Positions 7,560 through 11,005 of a stretch of 11,005 nucleotides of DNA are shown here, piece by piece. A program made the position numbers and the translations under genes. Source of the stretch: an uncultured Thermococci archaeon (lineage in GTDB: Archaea > Methanobacteriota_B > Thermococci > Methanofastidiosales > B48-G16); assembly GCA_964595645.1 (NCBI GenBank), contig CAZQQT010000014.1:1-11005 (forward strand), written 5' to 3'. Under the pieces are notes generated by a model, which was not told where the DNA came from, did no database searches, and saw only the letters and a program-made list of their open reading frames with translations. Position 1 is the first letter of the stretch; every line of letters begins with the position of its first letter.

Positions 7560-8777
7560 ATGGACGGAAATTATATGCGGACGTTAGAAGATTATCGAGA
7601 AATTGTAGGGGATAGAGTACTCAATGATATTTACCGCAGGAAAAAGACGTACGGAAAGCGCGTGTTGCACATAAATTCTACGTACCAAGGGGGTGGTGTT
7701 GCAGAGATTCTGAATTCCTTGGTCCTCCTCATGAACGATGTGGGTGTACAAACGGACTGGAAAATTTTACACGGTACCCCTGACTTTTTTACCATTACCA
7801 AAAAGTTTCATAACGGTCTTCAGGGAGATTCTATCAATATCTCAGCCATGAAGAAAAGGATTTACTACGAGGTAAACAAAAAGAACTCGGTGTTCACCTC
7901 CGTGGATCAGGATTTCGTTATTGTTCACGATCCCCAGCCTCTTCCCATCATACGGTTTTATCAGAAAACGCAACCATGGGTATGGCGGTGTCACATCGAT
8001 CTGAGTGAGCCTTACCTCCCCCTTTGGGAGTACCTTACAGGGTTTGTGTCCAGGTATGACAAAATGATTGTATCCATGGAGGATTATAAACGAAATGATT
8101 TACAGATTGATCAACAGGTGATTATGCCTGCGATTGACCCCTTGACACCCAAAAACAAAAAATTGCCAGAACGAACAGTCTCAAAATATCTTTCAAAAAA
8201 TGGTATTGAACGAGATAAACCAATTATTGCGCAGGTATCACGATTTGACAAATGGAAGGATCCTCTCGGTGTGATAAAGGTCTTCGAACTGGTAAAAGAG
8301 AAGGTCGACTGTCAACTTGTGTGGGTGGGAAACATGGTGGTGGACGATCCAGAGAGTACTGACATTTATAATGAAGTTATAGAGAGAACAAAGGAAAGAG
8401 ATGACATCACGATTCTCGCAAATGTAACAGATATTGTGGTGAATGCGGTGCAACGGGCCTCTACTGTCATGATGCAGAAGTCGATTCGTGAAGGATTTAG
8501 TCTTACTGTGTCCGAAGCCTTGTGGAAGGGGACACCAGTAGTAGCGTCGAATGTGGGGGGCATACCCCTTCAGGTAATCAATGGGGACACAGGGTATTTG
8601 GTCGAACCTCATGATGTAAAAGGAACAGCAAAAAGAGTAATAAAAATCCTGCAGAACGAAAAAATCGCCAAAAAAATAGGCAAAAGAGCAAAAGAACATG
8701 TGAGAGAAAATTTCCTCATTACACGGTTATTATCTGATTATTTAGGGCTGCTAGAGCATCTGAGTGACAAAAAATGA
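7560..8777 (+). CDS. treT: TreT-type glycosyl-transferring trehalose synthase (GT4)
   Basis: LEDY..IVG, HINST..GGGVAEIL, TKKFHNGLQG, VHDPQP, WRCHIDLS, QVSRFDKWKDPLGVI and QKSIREGF.LTVSEA.WKGTPV match the TreT family. Starts 4 nt after the TPS/TPP stop; alternative start at 7575. Confidence 0.82.
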   Translation: MDGNYMRTLEDYREIVGDRVLNDIYRRKKTYGKRVLHINSTYQGGGVAEILNSLVLLMNDVGVQTDWKILHGTPDFFTITKKFHNGLQGDSINISAMKKRIYYEVNKKNSVFTSVDQDFVIVHDPQPLPIIRFYQKTQPWVWRCHIDLSEPYLPLWEYLTGFVSRYDKMIVSMEDYKRNDLQIDQQVIMPAIDPLTPKNKKLPERTVSKYLSKNGIERDKPIIAQVSRFDKWKDPLGVIKVFELVKEKVDCQLVWVGNMVVDDPESTDIYNEVIERTKERDDITILANVTDIVVNAVQRASTVMMQKSIREGFSLTVSEALWKGTPVVASNVGGIPLQVINGDTGYLVEPHDVKGTAKRVIKILQNEKIAKKIGKRAKEHVRENFLITRLLSDYLGLLEHLSDKK

Positions 8778-8801
8778 ATTTTAAATAAAAAGAGGCTTCC
8801 T

Positions 8802-10544
8802 TTACCGATATATTTTTCTGATTTTTTCTTTATATAGTTTTATCATTTCTTCCATCTTTTCCTCATCAAGTTTTCCCTGCAGTGTTTCTGTTTCAAAAAA
8901 TCTTTTTGGTATCTTTACTTTAGCAAGATCGTATCCTATATCTTTCTTTATTTTCATTTTTTGTTTGTATATTTTTTTACCGAGCTTTTTCAGTGTTTCT
9001 TTATTCTTATGTACCCCTACGGTTTTCAGCGCACGAGAGACAAGATCGAGATCGTAGATACCCCGAGAGAACAAGCACATGATCAGTGATTCGTAGATAC
9101 ATCTCGTTTGCTCTTCAGTCAGCAACCTATCTACAATGTCTTCCGGTGTTGCTGTTTCCTCTATTTTTTGATCGATAGAATATCCCCCGGAGAGATGAGA
9201 GTGTCGAGCACCAAAGGTTACTCCAAGAATATTGGCATACCCGGTGTGGTAACCCGGCATCTCATTGCCTCCGAGAGCCAGGGCAAAGTCTTCTCCACCG
9301 TACATTTTCGATGCGTAGTCAACACCTCTGCCCAGTGCTTCAAAAAAACTGTTTTCTTTTTCTACCAACGAATCTATAAATTTCAAATAAGTTTCTTTAT
9401 CTCCAAACTCCAACGCGTACTTCGTTTCTTTCTCTGATACTACTCCCTTTTTCAGTGCTTCTGTTGCCCAGGCCAGACAGACGCCAGTACTCATTGCATC
9501 CAACCCATGCATTTCCACCCGTTCCATAAGTTCAAGAACATCAGAAGGGTCATCTATTTCGAGCATCGTGCCAAGTGCGAATATTGGTTCATAGTCGTAG
9601 CTCACCTGACTGAACTCATACTCGTGGTCTGGGGCGAACTGCCGCTTCAGCATTCCGATATGAATACACCCAATAGGACATCCTACGCATGCTTCCTTCC
9701 TCATTAATATTTTCTCTCCGAAACTCTCTCCGCTTATGTTTTCTGCGTTCTCAAAGGAGCTCCTCTGTAGGTTTCTTGTAGGAAGAGCATTCATTTCGTT
9801 GAGCGGCAGAATATTTTTTGATGTACCAAGATCGTGGTACTTTTTCATCTTATCTGTGCCCGTCACCAGCTCGTTGATCTTCTTATAGAGTGCGATGTAT
9901 TCCTGAAAGTTTTGTATGGGATACGATTTTGTTCCAGAGATTATCATCGCCTTCAAATTTTTTGATCCCATCACTGCACCCAGTCCAAGTCTCCCGAAGT
10001 GTCGGAAGGAATCAACATTCAGACACGCATATCTGATCTCATCTTCGCCGGCAGGGCCAATGCGTATGATGGATCGATGGCCCCTTCCTGGCTCAAGGTT
10101 CCGGATTATTCGTCCTGTTTTCTCTACAGGCAGACCCCAGAGGGTTTCTGCGTTTTTGAACCGTATTTTGTCATTGTGGATCGAGATGTACTTTGGATCT
10201 GCGGATTTACCTTCTATTACTACTGCATCGTATCCTGCAAATCTGATAGAGGACGCTAACCTTCCTCCTCCATAGCTTTCTCCGTACTCGCCGGTAAGAG
10301 GAGATTTAAAAGTGGCAACAGTCTTTGTCATTACAGGATAGATTGCAGACAGCGGTCCTATTGCGAAAATAATGGGTTGATCGGGTGCAAGAGGATCTTT
10401 TTTCTTTTCACACTGCTCATCGAGGAGCTTTGCCCCTACACCGACACCACCAAGGTACTCTGTCAAGTCTTCTCTTTTCTCTACCTTTGTTGTTTCCTCT
10501 GTGAGATTGATTCTAAGTATTTTGATGTAGTCTTTGTTCATCAT
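8802..10544 (-). CDS. aor: Tungsten-dependent aldehyde:ferredoxin oxidoreductase family protein
   Basis: YLGG.G, KSPLTG...ES.GGG, AGYDAVVIEG, RIGPAGE, GRLGLGAVMGSKNLKA, LPTRN, C..C...C (EACVGCPIGC), YEP...LG, GLDAMS and a fourth Cys in LIMCLF. Confidence 0.9.
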   Translation of the reverse strand: MMNKDYIKILRINLTEETTKVEKREDLTEYLGGVGVGAKLLDEQCEKKKDPLAPDQPIIFAIGPLSAIYPVMTKTVATFKSPLTGEYGESYGGGRLASSIRFAGYDAVVIEGKSADPKYISIHNDKIRFKNAETLWGLPVEKTGRIIRNLEPGRGHRSIIRIGPAGEDEIRYACLNVDSFRHFGRLGLGAVMGSKNLKAMIISGTKSYPIQNFQEYIALYKKINELVTGTDKMKKYHDLGTSKNILPLNEMNALPTRNLQRSSFENAENISGESFGEKILMRKEACVGCPIGCIHIGMLKRQFAPDHEYEFSQVSYDYEPIFALGTMLEIDDPSDVLELMERVEMHGLDAMSTGVCLAWATEALKKGVVSEKETKYALEFGDKETYLKFIDSLVEKENSFFEALGRGVDYASKMYGGEDFALALGGNEMPGYHTGYANILGVTFGARHSHLSGGYSIDQKIEETATPEDIVDRLLTEEQTRCIYESLIMCLFSRGIYDLDLVSRALKTVGVHKNKETLKKLGKKIYKQKMKIKKDIGYDLAKVKIPKRFFETETLQGKLDEEKMEEMIKLYKEKIRKIYR

Positions 10545-10954
10545 TCCACTTCCACCTCCTCAAAGCTTATGCAGCCGTGAGGGCAGTATAATGTACAGAT
10601 TCCGCACTGTTTGCAGACGATGGGTACATTTTTTTCCTTATCGAACCATATCGCATCCACTACGCATGCTTTGATGCACTGACGGCATCCGATACACTGC
10701 TCTTCGTCAAGGGTCACCCCCCCTCCTTCTCTCGGCGAAAGTGCATCTGTAGGACACACTGCGGCACAGGGAGGGTCATTACATCCAATACACGCATCAA
10801 TTACAAACTGTCCTTCGAGTCCCCCCTCTGTCTTAATTCTAATTGCACTCTTTGTGATGGAGTGGGACTTGTATTGATAGCTCGAACAGACAATGGCGCA
10901 TAGGTTACACCCTATACACCTTCCTGGATTGGGTATTTTCAGCTTTTTTGTCAT
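10541..10954 (-). CDS. 4Fe-4S ferredoxin-like electron-transfer subunit (DmsB/HybA-like, 16 Cys)
   Basis: CIGCNLCAIVC, CIGCNDPPCAAVCP, CIGCRQCIKAC and CKQCGICTLYCP. ATGA overlap with aor; GGAGGT RBS. Confidence 0.9.
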   Translation of the reverse strand: MTKKLKIPNPGRCIGCNLCAIVCSSYQYKSHSITKSAIRIKTEGGLEGQFVIDACIGCNDPPCAAVCPTDALSPREGGGVTLDEEQCIGCRQCIKACVVDAIWFDKEKNVPIVCKQCGICTLYCPHGCISFEEVEVE

Positions 10955-11005
10955 TCTACCTCCTCAAATCTGTCCTCCAGTCTATCGAGGACTTTGGGGA
11001 GGGTG
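10951..11005 (-). CDS. 3' end of an upstream CDS (unknown product) coupled to the ferredoxin gene
   Basis: Open frame ...TLPKVLDRLEDRFEEVE* whose TGA overlaps the ferredoxin ATG (ATGA at 10954-10951). Confidence 0.6.
   Translation of the reverse strand, partial: TLPKVLDRLEDRFEEVE

Noticed and set aside
5811-10580. Other short alternate-frame or antisense ORFs inside TPS/TPP, treT and aor
   Set aside because: Fully nested in well-supported genes and compositionally non-protein-like.

Overview
Archaeal genomic window, shown by TATA/BRE promoters, apparently leaderless genes and GGAGG/GGTGA ribosome-binding sites. The phosphohexomutase closely resembles Thermococcales enzymes as I recall them, which suggests a Thermococci-related lineage (inference). 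Contents in order: the 5' end of a probable Roadblock/LC7 gene (-); an unannotated ~190-nt non-coding RNA on the minus strand (311-499) with the architecture of a three-hairpin archaeal box H/ACA pseudouridylation guide, sharing a symmetric bidirectional promoter with a phenylacetate-CoA ligase (paaK family); a SatP/GPR1-FUN34-YaaH acetate channel (-) with a 5' leader hairpin; a Cys-rich DUF3795-like protein (-); a phosphoglucomutase/phosphomannomutase (-) divergent from a sugar-1-phosphate nucleotidyltransferase; a fused trehalose-6-phosphate synthase/phosphatase followed by a TreT-type trehalose synthase; and a convergent, translationally coupled operon (truncated ORF, 4Fe-4S protein, tungsten aldehyde:ferredoxin oxidoreductase family). 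The H/ACA-like RNA is the standout non-obvious element.
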